Assembly: GCF_006345805.1 (NCBI RefSeq)
Contig: NC_043007.1
Span: forward strand, 53,940,001-54,004,000
From: Octopus sinensis
Taxonomy: Eukaryota
DNA: 64,000 bases
Direction of reading: 5' to 3'
Shown here: positions 36,811 through 48,619 of the stretch, piece after piece
How positions within the stretch are numbered: position 1 is the stretch's first letter
Layout of the letters: every line of letters starts with the position of its first letter
Made by a program: the position numbers and the translations under genes
The notes under the pieces: model-generated
Database searches by the model: none
The model's input: only the letters and a program-made list of their open reading frames with translations
What the model was told of the DNA's origin: nothing

Positions 36811-38090
36811 AGCCATTCCCTTCTTAGGAGAGAAATAGTTATTAGTAGCTATAAATACCTAAATTTTGCCTAATCTATGGGAGAAGCGTGAACGATAAAG
36901 AGCTATAAATTATAATACGTTTATTCTATATCTACGAGGCGTGAGACTGATCAATAAAATAAAATTAGGGGCAAGCTTTAAGATTAAATATATATTTAAC
37001 ACAAGACATGAGACAACGATATATAATTAAGATGAACTATAGAATTATATGTACATATAAAAAGACACAAGGCGTGAGGCTAAATTTCACAAGTCATAAC
37101 AATAATACTAATAGAGATAAAACAGGGCTAACTAAAAGATCAGATCAGTTGCAGATAGTTAAGTAGGTACACGGGTTGAAATTAAATATAGATTGCTTAG
37201 CTTGGATTCATTTTTCGTATCTCGTATTTTTCGTAGGGAGTCGGATAACAGTTTGAATTCAAGTGATGCCGTTAAAAACAGTCGCTGGTTTATATGCATA
37301 TAGGGTGGCGGAGAAGGGGGCCGAATGGCGATCAAAAGAGATATAAGACAATTGAAGAGGAACGAGGGGGGGGGCGTGGCCCGCCAAGAATCGGCCGGCA
37401 GCCATTCCCTTCTTAGGAGAGAAATAGTTATTAGTAGCTATAAATACCTAAATTTTGCCTAATCTATGGGAGAAGCGTGAACGATAAGGAGCTATAAATT
37501 ATAAATACGTTTATTCTATATCTACGAGGCGTGAGACTGATCGCTAAAATAAAATTAGGGGCAAGCTTTAAGATTAAATATATATTTAACACAAGACATG
37601 AGACAACTATATATAATTAAGATGAACTATAGAATTATATGTACATATAAAAAGACACAAGGCGTGAGGCTAAATTTCACAAGTCATAACAATAATACTA
37701 ATAGAGATAAAACAGGGCTAACTAAAAGATCAGATCAGTTGCAGATAGTTAAGTAGGTACACGGGTTGAAATTAAATATAGATTGCTTAGCTTGGATTCA
37801 TTTTTCGTATTTCGTATTTCGTATTTTTCGTAGGGAGTCGGATAACAGTTTGAATTCAAGTGAGGCCGTTAAAAACAGTCGCTGGTTTATATGCATATAG
37901 GGTTGCGGAGAAGGGGGCCGAATGGCAATCGAAAGAGATATAAGACAATTGAAGAGGAACGAGGGGGGGGGCGTGGCCCGCCAAGAATCGGCCGGCAGCC
38001 ATTCTTCCTTCCTTGGGAGAGAAATAGTTATTAGTAGCTATAAATACCTAAATTTTGCCTAATCTATGGGAGAAGCGTGAAACGATAAGG
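36811..38090. repeat. Tandem ~590-bp repeat (2 full units + partial) abutting the RTE 5' end
   Basis: AGCCATTC unit starts at 36811, 37400 and 37997 (periods 589 and 597); the units are near identical. Confidence 0.92.
37261..37380 (-). promoter_or_regulatory. Candidate Pol II core promoter in repeat unit 1 (GC box, TATAAA, Inr-like); repeated at 37858-37978
   Basis: Minus strand: GCCACGCCCC (37371-37380), TATAAA beginning at 37294, and TCA(+1)CTT with A at 37264, exactly 30 nt downstream. The same 30-nt spacing occurs in unit 2 (37891 to 37861). Confidence 0.5.
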
Positions 38091-38260
38091 TGACCCAGCA
38101 GAGGGACCAGCTATCCGAATAGACAGCTCCCTTGTAGTTAAGGCAATTAGGGGTATGAAACCAGGTAAAGCCCCACGCCCATCAGGAATCACTGCTGAGA
38201 TGCTTAAAACAGCTGGTTATGTGGGCTATGGCCTAGTCACCCGCATTGTAAACCAGGTTT
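38090..38260 (+). mobile_element. Short RTE ORF fragment in opposite orientation
   Basis: Translates as DPAEGPAIRIDSSLVVKAIRGMKPGKAPRPSGITAEMLK. Confidence 0.85.
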
Positions 38261-38362
38261 TTGTGTGCTGGCCCTGCACACTGGGACATATTTGTCACAT
38301 ATGGCTTGTATTATGGACATGAAGCGTTTGTGTTTCATGTCATGTATATATATATTATGTAT

Positions 38363-38462
38363 NNNNNNNNNNNNNNNNNNNNNNNNNNNNNNNNNNNNNN
38401 NNNNNNNNNNNNNNNNNNNNNNNNNNNNNNNNNNNNNNNNNNNNNNNNNNNNNNNNNNNNNN
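38363..38462. other. Assembly gap (100 N)
   Basis: Run of exactly 100 N; the true gap size is unknown. Confidence 1.
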
Positions 38463-39201
38463 TCGGACTCTCCCCTCGCTTTCTCTTACTCTCTATCTTA
38501 TCTATCTCTCTCCCAGTTATAAACAACAGAAGATCTTGAGTAAGTTGAGAAATAAAATATTTAGAAAGATCAATCATAAATATCAGGCAGTGGAAACGGA
38601 AAGTCTGCTTTCAAGGCAGACAGCAAAACGCTAACATTTAAAAGGGACAGACGAACTTGCGAGCTGAATAAAAATAATAAAATATTGGAAACCAAAGTTT
38701 GAAGGGATAGAATCTGAGGATAGTAGAGTCACCATGGCTGGCATTTTTTAACGACGGACAGCAACGTATTGACAGTTTAACGGCTGGTGTAAAATTTTGA
38801 ACTTGATGTAAAAGAAAATTCGTAAACACCAAGTTTTGAAGTGATTCTTTCTCACGACAGTAGACTCACCATGGCAAGGATTCAAAACTTCTTTATCATG
38901 GACGGCAACACATTGACGATTAAAAGGCTGGCGCAAATTTTTTAGCTTGATGTAACAGAGAATTGCTAAACACCCGCTCCTTTAAATTTTAATCCCCTTC
39001 CAGCCCCCTTTTCACATTTTGGTTAATATAACCCGATTTCATTCGGGTCTACTGGGCCACATTTTATAAGATGAGGAATTTTGTCCTAGAGGTGACGCCT
39101 TTCATTTGAGGAAAAAAATAGTTGTCATGCAAACTTGCCAGCACTTTTAACATAGGTGTGCATATTTTCAGCTGAATCGACCGACTATGTAATGCACACA
39201 T

Positions 39202-39245
<44 letters not shown>

Positions 39246-39556
39246 CACGCATTATATATACTAACGTATACAAATGAGATACGTATCTGTATAAATTAAA
39301 TTAGAGATAAAACCACTAATAGGCAAATCAAACAGTGAAAAACCAAAAACAAAACATGAAAAAAAATATAATATAGAAAATATAGAAAATATAAATTGAA
39401 AATTTAAAATTATTTAAATTGAAAATAAAATTATTAATATATTATAATTGTTTAAAAAAATATATAACTATGAAAAAGTATGAAAAAGTTTAATATACAT
39501 AAATACAGATATATACACTTTGTATATATACATTATATATACATATTTATATATAG

Positions 39557-39595
<39 letters not shown>

Positions 39596-39619
39596 TATAT
39601 ATACATATTTATATATAGA

Positions 39620-39652
<33 letters not shown>

Positions 39653-40156
39653 TTATATATACATATGTATATATATAGAACATACACACACACACATAAA
39701 TGAACGCAAGAATATCTGATTCATAATATTTGTTCTCATGCTCGTGTGTTGTTGGTGACTGACAGATACATAAAAGAACGCCGAAGTGATGGGAAGGTAG
39801 GAAAAAGAGTGAGTGAAAAAGAGAGGAAATAGCGAGAGTGAGTTTAGGAAGACAGATACTTTAAATAACAGGAGTGGAATTGTCAAAGTTATAAATGAAG
39901 GGAAGTGAGAGGGGAATGGAGGAAATAGCGTGAGTGAGGAAGATGGCCCCTAGCAACCACACCTCATTCTACATGTCCCTGTAAATTTTGGAGCGAATCG
40001 GACGGGACGTAGTGGCATTGAAAGCGATCCAAGCGGTAAAAATGCATTTCAGTTTTATATATAGAGATATACACGTGTACATGTAATTTGTACACATATA
40101 TATACACATATATACATGCATACATATATATACACCTATACACATACACACATACA

Positions 40157-40800
40157 TAGGTGCAGGTGTGGCTGTGTGGTAACAAACTTGGTTCCAAAAC
40201 ACATGGTCCTGAGTTCAGTCCCACTGTGTGGTAACTTGGTATGTGTCTTCTGCTATAGCCGCAGGCCAACTAAAGCATTGTCAGTGGATTTTGTAGACAG
40301 AAACTGAAAGAAATCAGTTGTATATATATGTATGTATATATGTAAGTCTATGTATGTGTCTTTGTGTTTCTCCCTCATCACTGCTTCACAACTGTTGTTC
40401 GTTTATTTACATCTCCATAACTTACTGGTTTCACAAGAAGAAACTGATGGAATATGAAAATAAAAAAAGAAACACTAGGCAGTGTCTCATATTTTTGTTT
40501 GCCCACTCCGTTGTATCTATCAATTTATCTTTGTGTGTGTGTGTGTGTGTGTCTGTGTATTCATATATACATATATATATGTATATGGATTTCGTTGACA
40601 AGAACTGAAACAAATGAATCGTGTATATATATATATGTAAGTGTATTCATGTGTCTTTGATTCTGTGTTTCGCCCTCATCACTGCTTCACAACTGCTGTT
40701 CATTTATTTACACCCCCATAACTTACTGGTTTCACAAGAACAAACTAATAGAATAATTGCCAGGCTTTTCAACATAAAAAAAAGCACTACACTGTGTCTC
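40157..40800 (+). mobile_element. tRNA-derived SINE with internal partial duplication
   Basis: Head AGGTGCAGGTGTGGCTGTGTGG..GAGTTCAGTCCCACTG; the body segment CCCTCATCACTGCTTCACAAC occurs twice (40370, 40670). Confidence 0.8.
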
Positions 40801-40901
40801 GTATTTTTGTTAGCCCACTCAGTTGTATCTATCGATTTATCTTTGTATATGTGTGTGTGTGTATGTATTTATATCTATCTGTCTATCTATCTATATCTAT
40901 G

Positions 40902-40947
<46 letters not shown>

Positions 40948-40999
40948 CATATATACATATATATAGATAGCTATATATAGATATAGATATATATACACA

Positions 41000-42216
41000 C
41001 ATATATATATAACACCCTAATGGGGGCCTTATCTCCCAAATTTTAGTAATTTCTTTTATGATCCAAAACTAGGTCAAAAGTACTGAATGGATCTTTATGA
41101 AATTTGGAAATTATATTCTGTGCATAAGGGCCAAAGCCCCCATGACATTCATATATTTTTGCTGTTGATAAAATTTTAACCACAGATGATATTAGACACA
41201 AGTGAACTAATATTTATAAAATTTCATCTTCTTATAAGTTAGAAACGCTCTTCCATGGGGACTTAACACCCACAATTTTGTCATTTTATGTAAGCAAAGA
41301 CGAATACGATTGTACTCTTGGAAGCTGTAGGGTTACCCGAGCATAAAAGATGAGCATTATTTGTAATTCAATGGTACAACAGTGTAACACTTTGCTTTGA
41401 CATACACTTACATTGTGATTTCTGCAATATGCTGCATAAATTATCAAGTAAATGAGAGGCATCTTTGCCTCCACTGATTCAGTTGCAAAGTGTTGAGTAA
41501 AGTTATTTGATTGCAGACCTCCTTTCAGTCTTTTTATTATCACACATTATTATCGTCACACATAGTCCCCAGATGGTAACATTGATTTCAAGGCCTTCCC
41601 AGATGAGTGACTAGTTATTCAAAGACATTTATAGCTTGTAAATTTATTCTGTCCTGTTACGTATCAGTATAGTGGTCATTTGCAAACTCCAGAGGTGATA
41701 CTTTCATTTCTCCTTATCCCTCACGTCACACAGTTATTAATGTTTATTTCAGTTGGGTCACGCCCTTCCAATTGCTATAGATTTGTAATGCATCTTATGG
41801 CTGTGCCTGTCACCTGGATGGTGAGGAATCCTACATTGGGAGTGGTAACGACTATGGTAGGGTAGCTGACTGCTTATTGTTACAACTTCTCTGCTTGACA
41901 TTAAGACACACACCCCCAACAGGGGCCTTAACTCTCACATTTTAGAGCTCCATGACCTTCATTTTTCAGGTGTAAAATCCTTTTAACAGGTTTAATAAGA
42001 CTGGAATTTTGGAATATGCTCATAAAAATGAGTAGTATGGGATACATGTGGCACGATTACAATTTTTTTAGGGTGTGTAAAGAGGGAAATAACTCTCATC
42101 TGCAATTTTTATGAAATTTGAAGCATAGATAATCCAGTTCATTACAGAAAATATAACATAAAAGTCTAATTCTTCAATTGCATGTAATACTGGCAATGCC
42201 GGGTATCTCTGCTAGT
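41000..42216 (-). mobile_element. Probable non-autonomous Helitron-like repeat
   Basis: Minus-strand start ACTAGCAGAGATACCCGGCATTGCC resembles Helitron/Helentron-type 5' ends; a second copy is inverted at 51685-52765. No Rep/Hel ORF. Confidence 0.5.
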
Positions 42217-42219
42217 GTG

Positions 42220-42262
<43 letters not shown>

Positions 42263-42280
42263 TATATATTATATATGTAT

Positions 42281-42515
42281 CCTTTTACTCTTTTACTTGT
42301 TTCAGTCATTTGACTGCGGCCATGCTGGAGCAACACCTGTAGTCGAACAAATCTACCCCAGGACTTATTCTTTGTAAGCCTGGTACTTATTCTATCGGTC
42401 TCTGTTGCTGAACTGCTAAGTTATGGGGACGTAAACACACCAGCACTGGTTGTCAAGTGATGTTGGGGAGACAAACACAGACACACACACATATACACAC
42501 ACATACATACATACA
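42281..42515 (-). mobile_element. SINE 3' half (microsatellite-core family)
   Basis: CTTTTACTCTTTTACTTGTTTCAGTCATTTGACTGCGGCCATGCTGGAGCA.. tail and body. Confidence 0.85.
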
Positions 42516-42747
42516 AAATTTTCGTCACGTCTTGCAACCTTTTTGATAGTCTTGAAAAGTTTGCAAGACGCAACGAAAATTTTAGGAAAATAAAAATAAG
42601 AAATAAGTGGAAATTTTACTGGTGAGTGTGTTACATTATAAGGCACAAAATGAAAACGACTCTCCCCAGACACAACAGAAAATGCTTCAGCACATGATCT
42701 CATATAAAGAATCTTGCAAACCAAATCCAAAAACGAAATATATATAT

Positions 42748-43395
42748 CATCGTCGTCGTTTAACGTCCGCTTTCCATGCTGGCATGGGTTTGACTGGGGA
42801 CTGGTGAGCTAGATGGCTCCACCAGGCTCTAGTCTGATCCAGCAGAGTTCTACAGCTGGATGCCTTTCCTAACGTCAACCACTCTGAGAGTATAGTGGGT
42901 GCTTTTATGTGCCACCGTCACAAGGGCCAGTCAGGTGGTATTGGCAACGACCATGCTCAAATGGTGTTTTTACGTGTCACTTGCACAGGAGCCAGTCCAG
43001 CGGCACTGGCAACGCCCTTGCTCGAATGTTGTTTTTCACTTACTACCGGCACAAGTGCCAGTAAGGCGATACTGGTAATGATCACACTCGAATGGTGCTT
43101 TTTACATGCCACTGGCATGGGGGCTAGTCAGCAGCCCTGGCAATGTTCATGCTCTTAGTGCTCCACTAGCACGGATGCCAGTCATGCGGTGCTGTCATCG
43201 AATTTGATTTCGATTTCACTTGCTTCAGCAGGTCTTCACAAGCAAAGTTTAGTATCCAATGAAGGAAAAGTATGCCTAAGTGGGCTGGTTACATCACTGG
43301 CATAGGCCATGAGTTATGGTCTCACTTGGCTTGCCGGGTCTTCTCAAGCACAGCATATTTCTAAAGTTCGAAGGTAATTCTTCACCACCTCATCC
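42748..43395 (-). mobile_element. Older RTE 3' end (last codons, 3' UTR, tail)
   Basis: GTTTAACGTCCGCTTTCCATGC tail, degenerate 60-bp modules and GCCGGGTCTTCTC ORF end. Confidence 0.8.
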
Positions 43396-43480
43396 TCCTG
43401 AGTTTACCACTTCCACAGTTTAAAACCAGTGGCCTAGCATATTAAAAACTCTGAAGATTCAGAAAAATTATATTACATAC

Positions 43481-43590
43481 ATATAAGAGGGATGACCATT
43501 AGGTGGACATCCAATATGCTAGATACCGACTGCATATGGGGTCTGCATTTAGCATATTGGATGTCCACTTAGTGGTCATCCCTCTTATAT
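43481..43590. repeat. 41-bp inverted repeat (hairpin), 2 mismatches
   Basis: 43481-43521 versus 43550-43590, 28-nt spacer. Confidence 0.9.
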
Positions 43591-43789
43591 ATATATATAA
43601 TGTAGAAGGTTGAAAAGGAACACGAGTTGATATATATGTGGAAAAAAAGTCAAGTAGAAAATACTAAAATAATTTTAAAACATTTCAGTACCGGTTTCAG
43701 TCATTTAGACTTTTTTATTGTTTTCCATACATAAAGTTGAAAAAGTCTCAATGACTGAAAATTATTTCAGCATTTTCTACCTTGACATT

Positions 43790-43900
43790 TTTTACACACA
43801 CACACACGCCCCCCCCCCCTTGTGTGTGTATATATGTGTGTGTGTATACACACACACACATATATATGTACACACACGGGGCGTGCGTATGTGTGTAAAG

Positions 43901-43986
<86 letters not shown>

Positions 43987-44051
43987 GTGTATTATATATA
44001 TATGTATGTGTGTGGTGTGTATATAATATATATGTATGTGTGGTGTGTGTG

Positions 44052-44084
<33 letters not shown>

Positions 44085-44161
44085 GTATATATATAATATA
44101 TGTATATGTGTGTGTGTGTGTGTATTATATATATATGTATATGTGTGTGTGTGTGTGTGTA

Positions 44162-44199
<38 letters not shown>

Positions 44200-44215
44200 T
44201 ATACAGAGAGAGAGA
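43790..44215. repeat. Compound (TA)n/(TG)n microsatellite
   Basis: Direct reading. Similar tracts occur at 39200-39700, 40850-41010, 47170-47830, 52860-52970, 54560-55160 and 57310-57510. Confidence 0.95.
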
Positions 44216-44376
44216 GCAGTTGTATACTGCCAACTTAACGTGACAGTCCCATAGAGGGAATTACACCACCGCTATTTAGCCCTAGGAAGAATCAACACTT
44301 TCTGTCGGCCTTGACATATTTCCTATGTTCTTATATTTACGAAGGGGAGACAAGCACCCCAACAGCTAGGCCCACA

Positions 44377-44418
44377 TCCAGAAACATGTTTCTGAGTCTT
44401 GCTCGTCATCAGTCTGGA
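44377..44418 (-). ncRNA. Candidate minimal type I hammerhead ribozyme in a probable Penelope-like relic
   Basis: Minus: TCCAGA-CTGATGA-C-GAG(CAAGA)CTC-A-GAAA-CATG-TT-TCTGGA; perfect 6-bp stem I and palindromic ACATGT stem III. Confidence 0.55.
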
Positions 44419-44534
44419 GTAGCATGGCCTGCTAGCTGAATATACCTGTCTAGCCTTTGTAAACATATATATTTTCAGTGAAGTTTATTCACTGATCTCC
44501 AAAATTAGAAATTTAATATTTTTAATTTTGGTAT

Positions 44535-44790
44535 GACTCCTTCATGTATCACCTGGTTAACTATATGTGTGACTAGGCCATAGCTGACACCGCCAGATAT
44601 TTTGAGCATCTCTGTGGTGATTCCTGATGGGCTGGGGGTTTTCCTTGTCTTTATACCCTTAATTGCTTTATCTACCAAGGCACTGTCAATTCAGATAGCT
44701 GGTCCCTCTGTTGGGTCGACCTTTGGCAGATTTTCTTTCTCCCATTCATTCTCTTTATTGAGCAACTTTTCATAGTGGTGTCTCCAAATC
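44535..44790 (-). mobile_element. RTE ORF fragment
   Basis: Minus-strand EWEKENLPKVDPTEGPAI..SGITTEMLKISGGV. Confidence 0.8.
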
Positions 44791-46307
44791 CGGCCACAGA
44801 CGGATGGTGCTTTTTACGTGCTACCGGCACGGGGCCAGGTGAGGCTGGGAACAGCCACGAACGGATGGTGCTTTTTACGTGCCACCGGCATGAGGCCAGT
44901 CTGGGCGGCGCTGGCAATGGCCACGAATGGATGGTGGTGCCAGACGAGTCTGGCAAACGGCCACGAACATATGGTGCTTTTTACGTGCCACCGGCACGGG
45001 GGCCAGGCGAGGCTGGCAATGGCCACGAATGGATGGTGATTTTTACGTGCCACCGGCAACGGCCACATTCGGATGGTTCTCTTACGTGCCACCGGCACTG
45101 GTAACTCAGCTGCAATTTTCATTGATCGATTTTGATTCTGATTCTCACTTGCCTCAACAAGTCTTCACAAGTAGAGTTTTATGTCCCAAGAAGGTAAGGT
45201 ATGCATAAGTGGGCTGGCTACATCCCATCTAGAAGGCCACGGGCTATGGTCTCACTTGTCCTGCCGGGTCTTCTCACGCACAGCATACTTCCAGAGGTCT
45301 CGGTCTCTAGTCATTTCCTCAGTGAGACCTAAAGTTCGAAGGTCGTGCTTCACCACCTCGTCCCAGGTTTTCCTGGGTCTGCCTCTTCCACAGGTTCCCT
45401 CAACCGCTAGGGTGTGGCACTTTTTCACACAACTATCTTCATCCATTCTCGCCACATGCCCATACCAGCGCAAACGTCTCTCTTGCACACCACATCTGAT
45501 GCTTCTTAGGTCCAGCTTTTCTCTCAAGGTACTTACACTCTGTCGAGTATGAGTACTGACATTACACATCCATCGGAGCATACTTGCTTCATTTCTTGCG
45601 AGCTTACGCATATCCTCAGCAGTCACGGCCCATGTTTCACTGCCATGTAGCATGGCTGTTCGTACACACGCGTCATACAGTCTGCCTTTTACTCTGAGCG
45701 AGAGGCCTTTTGTCACCAGCAGAGGTAAGAGCTCTCTGAACTTTGCCCAAGCTATTCTTACTCTAGCAGTTACACTTTCAGCACACCCGCCCCCGCTGCT
45801 GACTTGGTCACCTAGGTAGCGGAAGCTATCAACTATTTCTAGTTTTTCTCCCTGGAAAGTGACAGAAGTTGGTCTCAGAGCATTTTCAGTGTTTATTGTT
45901 CCTGAGCATCTGCCACATACAAAAACCATCTTCCTAGTTAGCCTTCCTTTGACATTGCTGCACCTCTTATGTGTCCATAGCTTACACTTGGTGCATCTTA
46001 TAGAGTTTCTACCTACACCTTTTCTACAGATCGAGCAGGGCCATCTACCTGAAGGCGTTTGTGATTTGTCTACCTTCCTACTGATTATGACTTTGGTTTT
46101 AGCTAGATTGACTCTAAGGCCCTTTGATTCTAATCCTTGCTTCCGCACCTGAAATTTCTCCTCCAGTTCTGATAGTAACTCAGCAATTAGAGCAAGGTCA
46201 TCAGCATAGAGGAGCTCCCGAGGGCATCCTGTCTTGAATTCCTCCGTTATTGCCTGAGGGACTATGATAAATAGGAAGGGGCTGAGGACTGAGCCTTGGT
46301 GGACCCT
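44791..46307 (-). mobile_element. RTE LINE 5'-truncated copy; 3' UTR with 5-6 tandem 60-bp modules, tail missing
   Basis: Track ORF 45252-46442 from RVHQGSVL to ..EKTRQDK*; module repeats at 44791-45100. Confidence 0.92.
45252..46307 (-). pseudogene. Uninterrupted C-terminal ~350 codons of the RTE ORF (RT motifs 4-7, PHD, thumb, C-terminus)
   Basis: Stop-free frame containing YADD and C-x2-C-x10-C-x2-C-x4-H-x2-C-x14-C-x2-C. Confidence 0.88.
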
Positions 46308-46689
46308 TGTGTATATATATGTATATATAAAAGATAGGCGTTTTCGATATACCACTAAAATTACTGTTTGTACTGAAGTTGAAGATGTGATTTTGTGACT
46401 GCCCTTTCTAAAGCAGCTTGAAGTGCTTTCCCTTGAGTTCATAGGTTTGGATTAAAGCAGAAAAGAAAAGGTAAAAACTTTGGCAAAACTTAACAAGGAC
46501 ATTTAGTTTAGCTATATAATTATCATATTGCTAAATTAAATGTCCTAATCAAGTCTTGCTAAACCGTTTGCCTTTCCATTTCTACTTTAATTTACATGTG
46601 TGTATGTGTGTGTGTGTGTGTGTGTGTATGTGTGTGTGTATTTATATGTATATGTGTACATAGAGGTATATATATGTGTGTGTGTATGT

Positions 46690-46942
46690 GTATGATGGAC
46701 TCTCCTATCGTTAGACAACATATGAGGGTTCAGCAATTTCTTACTGAACAACCACACAGATGATTTGTTTATAATGATCAAATGTTTGTGTAGACATAAG
46801 GTCACTCCCTTCATCAGATTGATATTACTTGTACAAGTGCAATGGGTGCCACATGTCAGATGTCAAAATGATCTGGGAAGCGAACCCACAATCTTGCAAA
46901 CGTGAGTGCAACACCTTAACCACTAAACCATGCATCTTCACA
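46690..46942 (-). mobile_element. tRNA-derived SINE, degenerate
   Basis: Minus-strand head ATGGTTTAGTGGTTAAGG..GTGGGTTCGCTTCCC. Confidence 0.65.
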
Positions 46943-47266
46943 TATGTGTGTGTGTTAAATAAAATGAGACAACAATGCCAATCTTTATAAATGTCCTAAA
47001 AATTTCACACTGCCTTGGCTTTGTTGTCTCGTTTTATTTAACATATACACACTCACAAACAGCCTGCTTTAGACTCCTTGCTCATACCATTATTAAACCA
47101 GGACTCTGACAGTGGTCCTTCTATAGCAGTTACATAACCTTACCTGCCTTTTGGGTCTTCTGGATACTAAAACCTCTTTTATATATATATATATATATGT
47201 GTGTATGTATAGGTATATATATGTGTGTATATAGGTATATATATATAAATATATATATATATATGC

Positions 47267-47303
<37 letters not shown>

Positions 47304-47749
47304 TATGTATAAATGTGCGTGTGTGTGCATATATATATATATACATATACATATATTCAGAGTCAGCCAAAAAAGTGTATATACACTCCAAGAAAGGAAA
47401 AAAATCTGTATGAACATTTAACTTGTATAAGTAGCCCTATAAATATAAATACTTCTTTGGATATTTTATCAAATTGCGATAACACCGAATATATTGCAAT
47501 GACTCTGAATTAAAATATTTATACAGATTTTTCCTTTCTTGAAGTGTGTATACATTTCTTTGGTGGATTATATATGTACATATATATAGATATATATGTA
47601 TGTATGTGTGTGTGTGTATATCTATATATATGTGTGTGTGTGTATATATATTTGTAAATATATGTGTGTGTGTGTATATATATATTTGTAAATATATGTG
47701 TGTGTGTGTGTGTATATATATACACACATATATTCATATATATCTGTGT

Positions 47750-47789
<40 letters not shown>

Positions 47790-48254
47790 TGTATATTGTG
47801 TGTGTGTATTTATATGCATTTATATATTTGCATGTATATGCATTCATGTATGGAGATGTGTATTTACTCGGTTTATGTGAGAAGACACTGACTCTAAGTG
47901 CTGCATAATGAATCTGAATTCTGAAACTGACTCACTCGGCCACACTTGCACCTGCACATATACTTTTATTGACCTTCTCTGAATTTATGACAATATATGT
48001 ATATATGCCCACACACATATGTGTGTGTGTGTGTTTGTATATACACTCACAGATGTATATATCTGTTGTCTTAGTAATTAAGGAGTATACATGTATGTAT
48101 ATGTTTATGCAGTGTATGCAATACATGTGGGTGCATGTACATGCACCATTCATTTTGATTCATTGCAATGGGAAAATCCACTGAAGATAGAATTCAACCC
48201 TGTGTGTGAACCCTTTGATCGCTATCAAGCGAACACACTTTCTTTTCCTTTCAG

Positions 48255-48401
48255 GTGCAGAAAGCAGTTGCCAACCAAAGGATCCACCTCCATAAACTCC
48301 TCTTCCTCCTCCTGTCAGATCTACAACTTTAGCACAGCCATTATCAACATCAGCACTATGAAAGGTAGGTCTGAGGAGCTTGTGGAAATGCTGTAATGGA
48401 G
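48255..48401 (+). other. Candidate exon (strong splice signals, coding status unclear)
   Basis: Acceptor TTTCTTTTCCTTTCAG| at 48254; donors AAG|GTAGGT (48364) and GAG|GTGAGT (48401). All three frames contain a stop over the full length. Confidence 0.3.
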
Positions 48402-48619
48402 GTGAGTAGCTGTGTGGTGTGTGTGAAAAGTAAGATGGAAAGAGCCTCATCCAGATTCCTCATGGGCAACGAACAAAGATACCAGCCTTCTGGATTTATA
48501 CAGGCATAAGGGAGCTGGAATTGGAATATTATTGAGAAAGAAAGTGATAGCATAGTTAATTTAGGTAGCCCAAGTGATTTTTTTTTTTAATGTCAAACTT
48601 TGGCTACTTTTAGATATAT

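Noticed and set aside
37370-37420. HDV-like ribozyme suggested by GGCCGGC and GGGAATGGC strings
   Set aside because: I could not build the nested double pseudoknot (P1, P1.1, P2, P3, P4) on either strand.
38540-40070. Possible Helentron-associated element with two ~130-bp internal repeats (38700-38960)
   Set aside because: It begins at the assembly gap, and its termini and family cannot be supported from this window alone.
43718-44254. His/Thr/Tyr/Ile- or Cys/Val-rich ORFs (also 39480, 47130-47900, 53281, 54761-55340, 57202)
   Set aside because: These are translations of (TA)n/(CA)n microsatellites.
48160-48450. 96-aa minus-strand ORF (..VVDLTGGGRGVYGGGSFGW..)
   Set aside because: No convincing minus-strand splice signals or known motif; the Gly run is the antisense of a CCT-rich tract.
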